DNA of 63,986 nt, the filler included, from Stramenopiles sp. TOSAG23-3 (lineage: Eukaryota), in assembly GCA_900128585.1 (NCBI GenBank). It is 4 parts of 4 records of this genome, joined end to end, with 100 filler letters (N's around TTAATTAATTAA, not from the genome) between each part and the next. Parts side by side here need not be neighbours in the genome. Positions count along the whole stretch, not along the records: positions 49,488 to 63,986 come from LT642562.1; 3 more parts are not named here. One strand, 5' to 3'. Below the pieces are notes generated by a model. The model ran no database searches. It saw nothing but the letters and a program-made list of their open reading frames with translations, and was not told the DNA's origin. Within the stretch, counting starts at the first letter, position 1. Each line of letters begins with the position of its first letter. Shown here in pieces: positions 53,338 through 63,986 of this stretch. A program made the translations under genes and the position numbers.

Positions 53338-54249
53338 ATGGGAGGAACTATAAGTACTGAGTTGCCAAACGGCGGTCCTCCAAAAAGGCTTTCTGAGTCC
53401 CCTTGGACGGACGAGGATGAGGTGATCGTTGAATTTTTCTTCCAGAACGAAAAGTCATACGCGGTCAATGTAGCAAAAAACTGGAAGTCTTACCAGAGTG
53501 GTATGTATGCTTGTTTCATGATACCCCACACTCTGCCCTTTGCCATTTTGAGTTTACCTTTCTGGCCTCATATGTTATCTGCGAATAGGAAGAAGATCCG
53601 TTTCAACGAAGTAGAAACGTTGTGGACGCGAAGGTTGGCAATAACCAAAAACGGAATTGCATATAAGACTTTACCTGCTCATATGTATGGACCAAACCCC
53701 GCACAACCTTGTTCGGGTTGTTGTTGCATATACTCTAAGAATCCGTCGCTAATCAAGGGCGCCACGTCGAAAACGATCCCTTTTGAAAAGATTCAAGATG
53801 CTGCAATTCGGTACGCGACGGGCCAGACAGTAGTGAACATTTGTTGTTGCATCCCTACCTCGTTTCCGAACATCGACGATGTAGTCTCCATCGATACGTC
53901 TGGGGCAGGAATTGAGCTCACTATTGTAGGGCTAACCAACGCAGATTATTTTAAGAAAGCAGTACTCGCCCTAAAGAATGGACGCCCTCTTCCCCCCACA
54001 TCAGGTGTTCGAGGGATTTCCGTTGGAATTGCCGAACCTAGCAGCCACATGATGGACCGCACGACGGGCAATAGGGTCTATCCCGCGACCGCCGTAGGCC
54101 CTGCGGTAAGGGCAATGGAAATGACACGATTACCACGTCAAGATGGGCGATCGACTGACAACGCACTGCTAGCAGCAATCGAAGCCCAAAACAATATTTT
54201 GCGACAGCATACTGTCTTGCTGGAGAGAATAGCATCTCGTCGCACATGA
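53338..54249 (+). CDS. Hypothetical membrane-associated protein, possible bacterial-type PH (bPH_2-like) domain
   Basis: MG start, hydrophobic segment, RLAITKNGIAY...TIPFEKIQD pattern, Cys clusters, short C-terminal coiled coil. Confidence 0.55.
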   Translation: MGGTISTELPNGGPPKRLSESPWTDEDEVIVEFFFQNEKSYAVNVAKNWKSYQSGMYACFMIPHTLPFAILSLPFWPHMLSANRKKIRFNEVETLWTRRLAITKNGIAYKTLPAHMYGPNPAQPCSGCCCIYSKNPSLIKGATSKTIPFEKIQDAAIRYATGQTVVNICCCIPTSFPNIDDVVSIDTSGAGIELTIVGLTNADYFKKAVLALKNGRPLPPTSGVRGISVGIAEPSSHMMDRTTGNRVYPATAVGPAVRAMEMTRLPRQDGRSTDNALLAAIEAQNNILRQHTVLLERIASRRT

Positions 54250-54880
54250 TCTTAGCTCTAAAAAAATTCTTGTTGTTGTTATTTTTCACTTTTTTTGCTT
54301 GCTTTTGTTTCAACTGCTGTGGTGTCTAATCGTAATAATCGTAGTAATAGAATGACTATAGATATTATATAGATGGCAGATTTTGTTCTAATTCCTTGGT
54401 ATCTGGTCTTTGGTAATATTAAAAGTTTTTGCGATAAACGCGTGTTGTATTTGTAATATTTACCTATATAAATCCGTATAGCAAAAAATGCCCTCAAAAA
54501 CGTTAGTCGGTGCTCTGTGCCTGGACATTTGCGCCTAGTAAAAAAGTACAGGCAATAGCATACCACCACTTCACCGATTTTCGGATCTAATTAGGATACC
54601 AGCTAGCAGGGTATTTATTGTTATGTGTAATTGAAGAAACACGAATCATTTTTCTTTTTCGTCGTCGAATATAGTACGGTAGTCTCTAATACGTACCTTC
54701 ATGCCTTTTAATAGAAATAATCGACGAGAAAAAGTTCACGGCACGGCCTGCACTGCCGCAACGAACAACATTTTCTATCAACAAACAAAACCAAACGCAA
54801 GACCTCTCGTTCTGTACAAACAAAAACCAGCGAATAAACTGCTGTAAGGGAAAGAGGCTGCACGCGCCCAATAGCAGAGA

Positions 54881-56317
54881 ATGAACAATAAACTACGGAG
54901 ACTCCAAAAATTAATCCGGGAGCTAAAACTCGAGCGGCGGCAAACTGTGGCGGCGGGCAATAATCGCGTGTCAATTCTCAATCCCATTTATAATGCAGTA
55001 GTATCTAGGGCCAGTGAGCATACTTCACACAGTGGTGCTCCTGAAACAGCGCCATTCTATGGGCTTCCTGTGCTTGTGAAAGAAGTAGTCAACGTGTCCA
55101 ATTTTGCGACTACTTTGTGCGACCCAAGTTTAAAGAGCTCTTTCGTTTCCGAAATCTTTACAAAGGCAAAAACTTCCGAAGAAGAGGCCGGTTTAGTCAG
55201 TGTTATAAAGAGCTTAGGCGCAAATGTTATTGGAAAAACCAACATCCCACTTAAAGGACTGGATGTCCAATGCGATAACCCAGTATTTGGAATTACAAAA
55301 AACCCGTTTGATTTTTCACGGACATGTGGAGGGAGTAGTGGCGGCAGTGCCGTTTCTGTTGCTACAGGGATGGTGCCATTGTCTATAGGAACTGATTTGG
55401 GTGGAAGTTTACGCATACCTGCGGCCTTTTGTGGAGTTACTTCTATGCGATGCTCGTATGGAAGATTACCGAACTCAGGCCACGTTCCACCTGCGCCACC
55501 AAGTGGCAATGCCGAAGCTGAATCTAGCATTCAAATAGGCCCTATTGCAAATGACATTGGAAGTTTACAGACTTTCTTGCACTATGTGTCTAACAGCGAA
55601 TCTTCCCCGGAGGGTTTAGATCTCAATGGCGACCCTGGAGGGCACCCACCTCTCAAAACTACCTGCGACACGACAATAGGGATTTCATCATGCGTTGGAG
55701 GATTTCCTGTGGACGCAAGAGTTAAAGATTTTCTTGAACAATCATTTGCTACCTCTGTTTCCTCTGAAGGCATTAACGTTGTCGACGTGCATGATCAGGC
55801 TAATGAAATCGACCTGAAAGCTGTCAACAAAGCCTATGTTACATTTTCTCAAGGTTTATTTGTGGAAATGAAAGGAAAAAGTAACCAGAAACGATTGGAC
55901 AAGGCCGTCGAACTAAGGGAAGAATTGCGAAATCAGGTCGATAGTATATTCGAGAATCTATCGTGTGACGCCTGGGTGTTGCCAGTTACTCCCACGGGGT
56001 TTGCATTCCCAAACAACCCTCAAAAAGGCCGTATTGATATACTTGGCGCAAATGGAGATGCAAAGCCAACAAGCTACTGGCCCGCTGTCCTTTCGTACGT
56101 CCTACCCTTTACGGTGACTGGTCATCCTGTAGTGACGATGCCGGTCGGAATGGTAAACATTAAGGGCGTAAAGTTGCCTGTAGGCGTCCAAGTAATTGGC
56201 CGGCGAGGGGGGGACGACGCTTTACTTGACACTTGTCGGGTGTTGGAAGAAGCACTTGGAACGGTAGTAGAACAACCGTTTCGAAAAATAAAACTTCCTG
56301 AACATGACCTGTGGTAA
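54881..56317 (+). CDS. Amidase signature family enzyme
   Basis: GLPVLVKE (catalytic Lys), GKTN, GGSSGGSA, GTDLGGSLRIPAAFCG, LPVGVQVIG. Confidence 0.93.
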   Translation: MNNKLRRLQKLIRELKLERRQTVAAGNNRVSILNPIYNAVVSRASEHTSHSGAPETAPFYGLPVLVKEVVNVSNFATTLCDPSLKSSFVSEIFTKAKTSEEEAGLVSVIKSLGANVIGKTNIPLKGLDVQCDNPVFGITKNPFDFSRTCGGSSGGSAVSVATGMVPLSIGTDLGGSLRIPAAFCGVTSMRCSYGRLPNSGHVPPAPPSGNAEAESSIQIGPIANDIGSLQTFLHYVSNSESSPEGLDLNGDPGGHPPLKTTCDTTIGISSCVGGFPVDARVKDFLEQSFATSVSSEGINVVDVHDQANEIDLKAVNKAYVTFSQGLFVEMKGKSNQKRLDKAVELREELRNQVDSIFENLSCDAWVLPVTPTGFAFPNNPQKGRIDILGANGDAKPTSYWPAVLSYVLPFTVTGHPVVTMPVGMVNIKGVKLPVGVQVIGRRGGDDALLDTCRVLEEALGTVVEQPFRKIKLPEHDLW

Positions 56318-56940
56318 AGCGGTTCACACACAAAATATACACAAAAAAACAAAGTATGTGTAGTATGCTTTAAAACTCTCATTTTTTAATATATTTTGTT
56401 TCAATTACGATTTCAGTTCCAACCCTAGTCCTGTCTTGATGTTCTAATTTGATTTTTTAATTTCGTTTCATTTTAAATCAAATACTACTTCAAATCCAAC
56501 CCTAATCCTATCTCGATTTTTTAATTTCTTGATTTCGTTTCGTCGTTGATGGTTGTCAATCATCATCACAGATGAATTTGTTTTTATTCCTAGTCCAATG
56601 AGAAGAATTATTATCAGGTGTGATAACATTTCATTTCTTTTTAAAGGCGAATTGTACTCAACAAAACGATCCAAATCCCAATTGTAGTCCATGAAAACAC
56701 CACCCACCTTTGGAGACCCTTGTGAGTAGATCACTTCTTCGCTGAACTCATCAGAATCATTTGGAGAGTCAATCATCCCCTACCAAAATATACATAAGAT
56801 GCCTACCTAATTTTTCACTATTTGTGCTCTTAAGAGTCGTACTTTTTAGTAAGAATTATAAATACACGCGCACTTTATTATTTTACTGCCTGTCCGCTGC
56901 AAATACACTTGTGTAGTTCAATACTTAATTTTCGCCTTCC

Positions 56941-59900
56941 TCATTTATTTTCATTCATTCTAGTGAACTCAATTATCATCTCTCCTTCCCCCCTACTTTG
57001 TAACATTTTTACAATCGCCATAAACGGCAATTTGCGCACATTCACGGAGTTCAGGCCAGTCATGTGGTCACCGACATGCAATACACCATGTTGTCTGCCG
57101 AGGAGGCCACCATCTTTTACTGCGTGGACGATGGCACCTAAATTTTCTGAATACTTTGGCCTTACTTCGACACCGAGCTTCCCCTTGCCTGATATTTGCA
57201 CAGTAAAAGTAATAAACTGCGGTTCAGGTTCCGGCAACACAAATTTCGAAATACCATCGAAAAGATTACTTACTTTATCCTTTACTAAGTCTCCTACAAA
57301 ATTTTCAACAGCGTCGGAATGGGCCAGTAGCATCGGTAAAGAAAAAGATTTCGTAATTCGATTGGAAACTACTGACATCAAATAGCTATTTATTGCGTCT
57401 GTAGACCCCTCAAGCTCAAAAATAGACAAATTATTTACCTTTATAGGAGCCTTTAACAACTGAAAGTTAGTTTTAATCCCAAGAATATCAGTGAGTGGAA
57501 TCCCACCAACTTTTGCAAGCTGGTGATCTAGCTGAGCATCGTAGCTTCTTCGAAATGACAAATATATTTTTATCTTTGAAATTTCTATATGTTCGATAAA
57601 TGACCTCCCAGCATGCCCCCCATCGTGCTGGAAGTTCTGCAAGTCTTCCACGTACAAGTCAAGGCGATACTTCCGTGTATTTTTATCCTTCGGACGCATG
57701 AAATAGTGTTGAATATACCTAAAGAAATGTTCGTCGGTATCAATAGCGACAGGGGAAAGTTGTACGCTAAACATCTTAATGTGAGAAGTATAGCCCGCTG
57801 CAATTACACAATTGATTTTCATTCTTAAAAATGGCCTTGATGGGTCAGAAACGAATATGCTGTGTTTCTTACCACGGATTTTTTGTACACTGGACAACAT
57901 TCCCAACGAACAACGGTATTTTACATTCTCACCAGCTTGCTGCGAAACAGCAAAAGTGTCGGTCAGGGTTAAAGATAAAAATTTTTCGGTCGCATTTAGA
58001 AAATGAACTTGCATCTTTTTACAAGAAAATTCCGTTTTAAAACTGTCCAGCGTAGAAACTTTATCCCCCAGTGATTTCCCTTGGTCTGGAAAAGAGGCAG
58101 GGTTAGCTACCGATTCCCAACCGTCATGCTCGCGAGAGGGACTGACGGGATTCCCAGTATCAATATGTTCAAGACGATTCTTTTCACTGGCCTTGGAAAC
58201 ACAAATGAGCAATTGGCGAGCACCCCTCCAGTCTACTGTTACTTTCATATCTTCTACTATAAAGATACGAGGACGATGAACACGAACACCCTTCGACCAT
58301 TTATTCCCCGACTTCGAGAAGCAAATAAATTCGTTCTGACTCGAAGACGCATAGGATCTGTTATGCCCTTTGGTAAAATAGAAAGGAGTAGGGTCGTTTG
58401 GTAAGCAAAGTGTCTTTTGCTGAGTCCCTCTTTGGCAGAAAAAAATATCTTCCTCTGTTTTATTCAATATCAAATACTTTGGGTGAAAGTGAATGATCCG
58501 GGTCAGCCCGAGTCGGCTTGCAAAAGGACCACTGTCAACAGAAAAAAAAATGTCATGCACTTCAGCAACATCTGACACGTAGTTCCACTCAATAGCATCG
58601 TGTGTACCAGATCGTTCACAATCGCACGGTTGGGACCAGCGCGAGTTTCTGCCATTAACTCTAACTTGCAATTGCGAACCTTGGTGTTTTGAAAGCATTT
58701 TTGGCTCTCCTGAATGAGAAATTGAATCCAGAGATGGGGGTGGTACAACGGCGCAAGGCACACTCTTTTCGTAGTTCTTATATTGCAATTCAAGACGGGT
58801 GTGATTTACAGCCCAAAAGTTTGCTGCGATATCCATTTTGTCACTCATCATTTTTATGTTCAAGTCAATGGTCTGATCTACCGAAGTGATGATTTTTAGT
58901 TTACAGGAAAATTCTTTTCCCAACTCATATTTCATAGGTAACGACCAAGTGCAACCATCAACACGAACATATATATCAGCATCAAATCGATGAAAGGGCG
59001 CGGTGTCCCCAACCCCCAAGGTAATTTGTTCATAGTTTTTCCCTTTCAATTTAACCTCAATGAATAACCGACAAGGTAGTAGATTAAATATCAAAAAAGG
59101 CTCTTTTGAGACAAGTTGCGTGGTTTGGTCTGTTTCCTTATCTTGTTCTTCTGTCTCTGCACTTAGGTTAAAAAATTGCAACATGTTGACAACAGTGTAC
59201 GGCCAGCAATTTAGTGTCTGGACTGTTCCTGTATGAAACAAACTCGACTGGCTGCATTTCAAGATTTTATACGTGTACTTTGCATTCTCTAAAAGAAATA
59301 GCCCAACAATACGATCATCTTCTTTACTATTATCGACTAGTGACAAAGAGACAAAATCAATATTAAAACAGTAATGCTGAAAAAACGGCGACACTATATC
59401 TGTTTGGCCGTAATAATATTGAACAATGCGAGAGCCAGCGTTACTCATCTCGCTGATATCGCCTGGAGAAAAGATTTCTTCGACACTTCCAAAATTCTCA
59501 TACAACATGCGTGTTAACAGTAAGTAACCACTCTTCGTTAACTTTCCTTTCAGTTTAGGAATACGCGATTCCAAATAAATATGGAGTGCGCGATCGTCCA
59601 GTTTTTCTATCACGAAAGCATCCAGGAGTGGTTGGACTACTGTAGCATTGAACGTAAAATTGTCCAGGCAAATGCTTTCCTCGTCATTGTATAACTTTAC
59701 TTCTTCTGCAGAAATGTGCAGCTGCCGGGTTGCTACAATTTTTGAAGCGCCACCCGTTTTGGCTGATGTGTGGAACGGCAGCGGGCAACGGCCGTACTCG
59801 CTCAAAATATTGAGGGTTGGCACATACAACACCACCACAGGGGTTTCTTCCGGGTTAACAGGAATGAGTAGATTAATACTTTTGCAGCGGCACATAAACT

Positions 59901-62868
59901 GCATTGCCGAAACGATAGTGTTTTCCGCACCATGCAATAACTGGAAGTCCATGGCTCTAAGATCATCCGGTATAGGGCTCGAAAACATCACGGCTTGCCA
60001 AAAGTAGTCAATAAGTTCCATATAAAACGAATGCACATACACTATTCGCACAGAGCTTAGCCCCAAATCAAGTTCAGAGTTAATTGTAACGCCTGCAGAA
60101 TCCAACACGTCGGATGATTGCTTTGGTATTTCGCCGCTTACATACAAAAATTCAAGAAGAGAGTTTTTTTCTGTATCTTGTAGTTGCAATATGCATTGGT
60201 GCTTTGATCTTTTTGTGCACAAATCAACCCCTCGTATATTTCCAAGCGAACCAACGACTCGGTATTCGCCGTTTTTACCAGATGAGTAAGTGATAATTGT
60301 GTCAATCATTTGAAATCTAGCAACTGCACGGCCAATTTTTTCCTTGTTCAGGGTCAATGACAATTCTTTCATCTTCACGTCTACCTTAGTGTTCCAGTCA
60401 TTTGTAACTTGAGTGACGGACGACTCTTCCACAGGCTCCACTTCAATGCTGCCATCTTCATATACGTTCTCTCTAACGACTTTGCCGCGGGCAGTCCCAT
60501 CTTCCGAGCTTTGGAAGAACTGGTTGAGCAACGCATTAATAGTGTCCGGATTCCATTGGAGCGCCAATTCCTCAAACTTGATTCCAATTGAGACATGTTG
60601 CTCCATATAATCAACTGTACAGACAGTATAGATTAAGTCGTCCGAATCGGTAGAGTTTGACGTCGCCAATTTGTGGAACTTTGTACCAATGTATGGGCTG
60701 TCATCAATTTCCAAGTGGCCGATGCTTAAATTGATAAGCTTCAAACTTGGTGCATCCGCTGAGTTCCCGTAAGTAGCTTTCACATACCCAAGGTTCATGA
60801 CAACATTATGATTCGCTGCCAACGGAAAAATTACTTTGGGGCTTAATATCTGGATTTTCGCCCTCAAAACCTGCCTGTTAGCAATTATTTCAGCAATCCC
60901 CTGTTCTGCCCACGCTTGTAAATTTTCAAGTGTTTCCTTGGCTACCTTTTCAACGTCGGCATTCCGAAGAATATCTTTTCGAAGATCATGTACCCGATTG
61001 AAGAACTCAAAATTGTAACACACGGTCAACGGCGCAACCTTCAACTCGGTATCAACAGTAGAATGAGTTTTATTGCTTTCTGAAGAAACAGAAACGTATA
61101 ATAATGGTTGAGTAGAGCGAGATTCTCCTTTCGACTTTGTTGTTTCAAAAAACAACAGTTTTCCGTGCTCTGGTTTCCCACTAATTATTTCAAAGGTCAA
61201 AAGTTCCATTTGCAGGGCCCATAAAGTTGTACCTGAAGTGCGAGGATAGGAGTGGAGAACGAATTGCATTTCACCACCAAACATACCTTGGGCCAGAAAG
61301 GCGCCCCAGTTATTACTCACTACGTTCGTTTGTTCATAAGATGAGCTGTCGTCGAACAATTTAACTGTCGCATTGTACATAGACATGCCAACTTTAAAGT
61401 ATGGCATACCCGGATTATCGTTACGGCCTGAACTAGTTTTATTTCCGCGTTCAGCTTCTGATCGTGCCATCGTCCGCGAAGCAATTTGTTCGTCTTCAAC
61501 ATCAGTGCCAAATAGGACGTCTATGAACGAACTGATTCCAAAACCAGAAACGTCTTCTTTTTCATTAATATCTTGCGAGCGTTCCGCTTTATCTCGAAGT
61601 TCCATTATAGTATTTACATCCAGCATGTCCCGCTCTAGGTGGGTTAATTCTTCTCCCAGGTTTTTTTTTATTTGTCCACTTATTGACATGGAATAAAGAT
61701 CAACGTATCTCGAGTGCATCGACTTCAAATCCGTCTTAAACCTTGCTTTTTGCATGCGCGACACGGAGGCAAAAAACCCTTTTCGCAACATTTGTCGTTG
61801 CTTTTTATTTTGAAATATTGCTAACAAATTGCTATATTGTGACATGGAAATGTTCATTTTTAGGCGGTCTAAGTTTGCATGGATTTCATAGGCGCTGGGG
61901 TAACGAGGCGAACGAGACTTATAGTGAACAAAACGAATGAAAGTGTCCATTGGCGACAAAAGAAATTTTTCTGCTTTTCTTTGAGCGTTTGTCGAATCGG
62001 TACGGAAGATTTCTTGCATGGCAGTTCTCCACTGAGATGTCGACAAAGACGACAAACTTTTAAAATCTTTATCGGCGGACCAATATATAGAAAATGATTT
62101 AACATGGGCCCGTTTGTTTATGGACAAGTGGTTTTGGGCCTGTTCGCTTTGCAAATCAGCGTCGAAAAAAATCTTTTGCCCTTCTGAATTGGTAGTGTAT
62201 ATTGCAATATCACGAAATACAACGCCAATTGAAAACGGGGTCTCTACAGACGACACTCGATCCTCATAACGAATGTGAACATTTTTTACATTTATCACAA
62301 TATTTTCGACTACGTTAGCAATCAGTCCTTGAAAATAAGTCTGGTTTTCCTGGCTGTTAGAAGTGGGGTCGGCAAAGGTGTCCCCGTTTTTAATCCCCTT
62401 CCTGATAATGTCCGCGACAGCAATCTGAGCAGCCTTAACGGACCACTTCTCTTCTAACTCGGTTTTGAAAATTTCAAAGTCATAGTTTGCGACGTTAGCG
62501 TGAGGTCTAGGAACTATTGTCAAAAATACATCATTTACGGTAATTGTTGTGGATTGGCTCGATAATGAAGTGTATGGAACAACAGCCTGTTTTTCAAGTG
62601 GAAGAAGAGATGTTTGGAGTTAGGGAGGAACTTTGTTATTGCGTCTGATGACTTCAAATAAACTTACGTCTAGAGACCCTATGAACCCTTTCCTCACGGT
62701 TACAGGCACAGGCAGGTCCAAAAAATCCAATGCGTTCGGCTTAAAAGACAGGTTCTTCAAGCTGACTTCTCCACTCCAAACGCTCGCCTCGATATTTTCC
62801 TCCGATATTCCATCTAAGTATCTGCCGCAGTAGTTCTGCAACACCGTTGTTATAATCCTCGACGCCAT
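56941..62868 (-). CDS. VPS13: VPS13-family lipid transfer protein with C-terminal PDZ domain (2 exons: 62868-62668, 62586-56941; 1948 aa)
   Basis: Chorein_N (YCGRYLDGI..VWSGEVSLKNL..GFIGSL|..VPY..VNDVFL; NVHIRYED), VAB-like repeats (WAVNHT, PKYLILNKT), terminal PDZ (GKLGVEV...LHVGDHMTGLN). Confidence 0.88.
62587..62667 (-). other. 81-nt GT-AG spliceosomal intron in VPS13
   Basis: Donor GTAAGT, branch point CTAAC, acceptor AAACAG. A phase-0 join restores a continuous Chorein_N domain (GSLD|AVVPYTSLSSQ). Confidence 0.9.
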
Positions 62869-63555
62869 TGGTCAGGGTGTTTCCAGTGCGCTGTCCAAGT
62901 CTTAGTTTATCGTGTGTAGCAGAAGGAATCAAACATATCAACAATATACGCGAACGGAGCTAATTTATTTGGATAAATTTATGAACTTTTTCAAAATATG
63001 AAAAGTTCAATGTGTTAGCTCTTATTTTATTTACGAAGGTTTACTTCCCTAATATGAAAGGAGAAGAAAAATACGACGATGACAAAAAAACAAGCAGCAG
63101 CATCAGAAGAAAAAAAAAAACACACAAAATTATTTTTTATACTGTAGAAGAATTATTATTATTAATTATTTTCTTCTCATTTGTTGTTGTTGTTGTTGTT
63201 ATTGTTGTTCTTACTAATTATACTATAGACACTATATATACTATTACGCTATAAAAATATCTTAATATTATTATATTACTTGGATGGTATTCTCCTGTAC
63301 TTGTCACACATATTTGTATTACATTTTTAGTATACTTGGTAGAGTGTAGTAGATAGGATATAATAGAGATTCATTATTGGCAATTATGGTGTTAAGCGGA
63401 GTTAGACATGAAGTGGCGGGGGTAGGAAAGCCGATGAGATTAATATGTATCAGCAGATTTTTTGTTTTTTTGCGCATATATAAAAAAAAATTATTCTGCT
63501 TTAAAGAACCGCAGCACCGCGCCGTAAAACTTGCGCATTTTATTCATCGTTCTTT

Positions 63556-63984
63556 TCACTGTTCCTGCAAAAGAGCAGTCATTTCTGACGTACGTTGAAT
63601 ATCGAAAAATAGTGTAGGATTTGCAAAGATTTGCCCTGCTTTCCGTTTCCGGTACAGCTGGAACTTGTCGATCTTAGAATGCCCTTGGTATCGGGTTATG
63701 TCATCTAGGACACCAAAGGGGGCAATTCCCAGCTCACTTCGTAGTTTAATGAACGCGTAATGAAGACCATGCGCAGTGGCAATACTGACTGTGAATGCCT
63801 GACTCGATTGGACCCCGGGCAAAAGCGCAAGCCATTCCACCACTACAGCACCCTCCGGCGATGGGCGCCAATTACCGCTAAGTCGATGCGGATAAACATC
63901 GTGGATAGACCCTGAAAGAAACTGCCCCTTCTGTCTGTCTAAAAGGTGATCAACATAATCTCTGGCAAACGTCTCTGAATGGTC
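63556..63984 (-). CDS. Hypothetical protein, C-terminal part (continues beyond the window)
   Basis: The frame stays open from the window end to the TGA at 63556; coding-like GC content, followed by an AT-rich spacer. Confidence 0.55.
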   Translation of the reverse strand, partial: DHSETFARDYVDHLLDRQKGQFLSGSIHDVYPHRLSGNWRPSPEGAVVVEWLALLPGVQSSQAFTVSIATAHGLHYAFIKLRSELGIAPFGVLDDITRYQGHSKIDKFQLYRKRKAGQIFANPTLFFDIQRTSEMTALLQEQ

Positions 63985-63986
63985 TG

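Noticed and set aside
56468-56776. 102-aa ORF between the amidase and VPS13 3' ends (also 54279-54569)
   Set aside because: No recognisable motif and AT-rich; could be a gene relic but is unsupported.

Overview
Eukaryotic genomic DNA. Gene-dense and almost intron-free, with AT-rich, microsatellite-rich intergenic spacers. Axonemal-type genes suggest a flagellated protist, perhaps a heterotrophic stramenopile from a SAG/MAG assembly (taxonomy is inference). The window is not one locus. It is four contigs (1-16416, 16517-32921, 33022-49387, 49488-63986) joined by artificial 100-nt N44-TTAATTAATTAA-N44 linkers. About 27 protein-coding genes are supported: THUMP methyltransferase, dual-specificity phosphatase, M11 metalloprotease, TLC protein, fused PPCDC-PPCS, AP2 factor, DUF5107, RING-YEATS, RNA ligase, ODA docking-complex protein, Rab-like GTPase, Trm5, two MFS transporters, DUF4291, ALKBH1-like, GH5, GH20, GT7, amidase, VPS13 and others. 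No tRNA, rRNA, CRISPR array or transposase was recognised. The main candidates for novelty are: (1) a kinase-CPD-coiled coil-ligase protein that looks like a domain-permuted Trl1-type heal-and-seal RNA ligase (18266-21838); (2) an MsrB + ZnF-UBP + ADP-ribosylglycohydrolase triple fusion with degenerate active sites (42696-44912); (3) an ALKBH1 lacking two iron ligands; (4) a eukaryote-type CoaC-CoaB fusion; (5) a RING-YEATS fusion; (6) a short VPS13 ending in a PDZ domain; (7) a small dispersed repeat family in 3' spacers. All domain calls come from motif recognition by eye, not from database searches.
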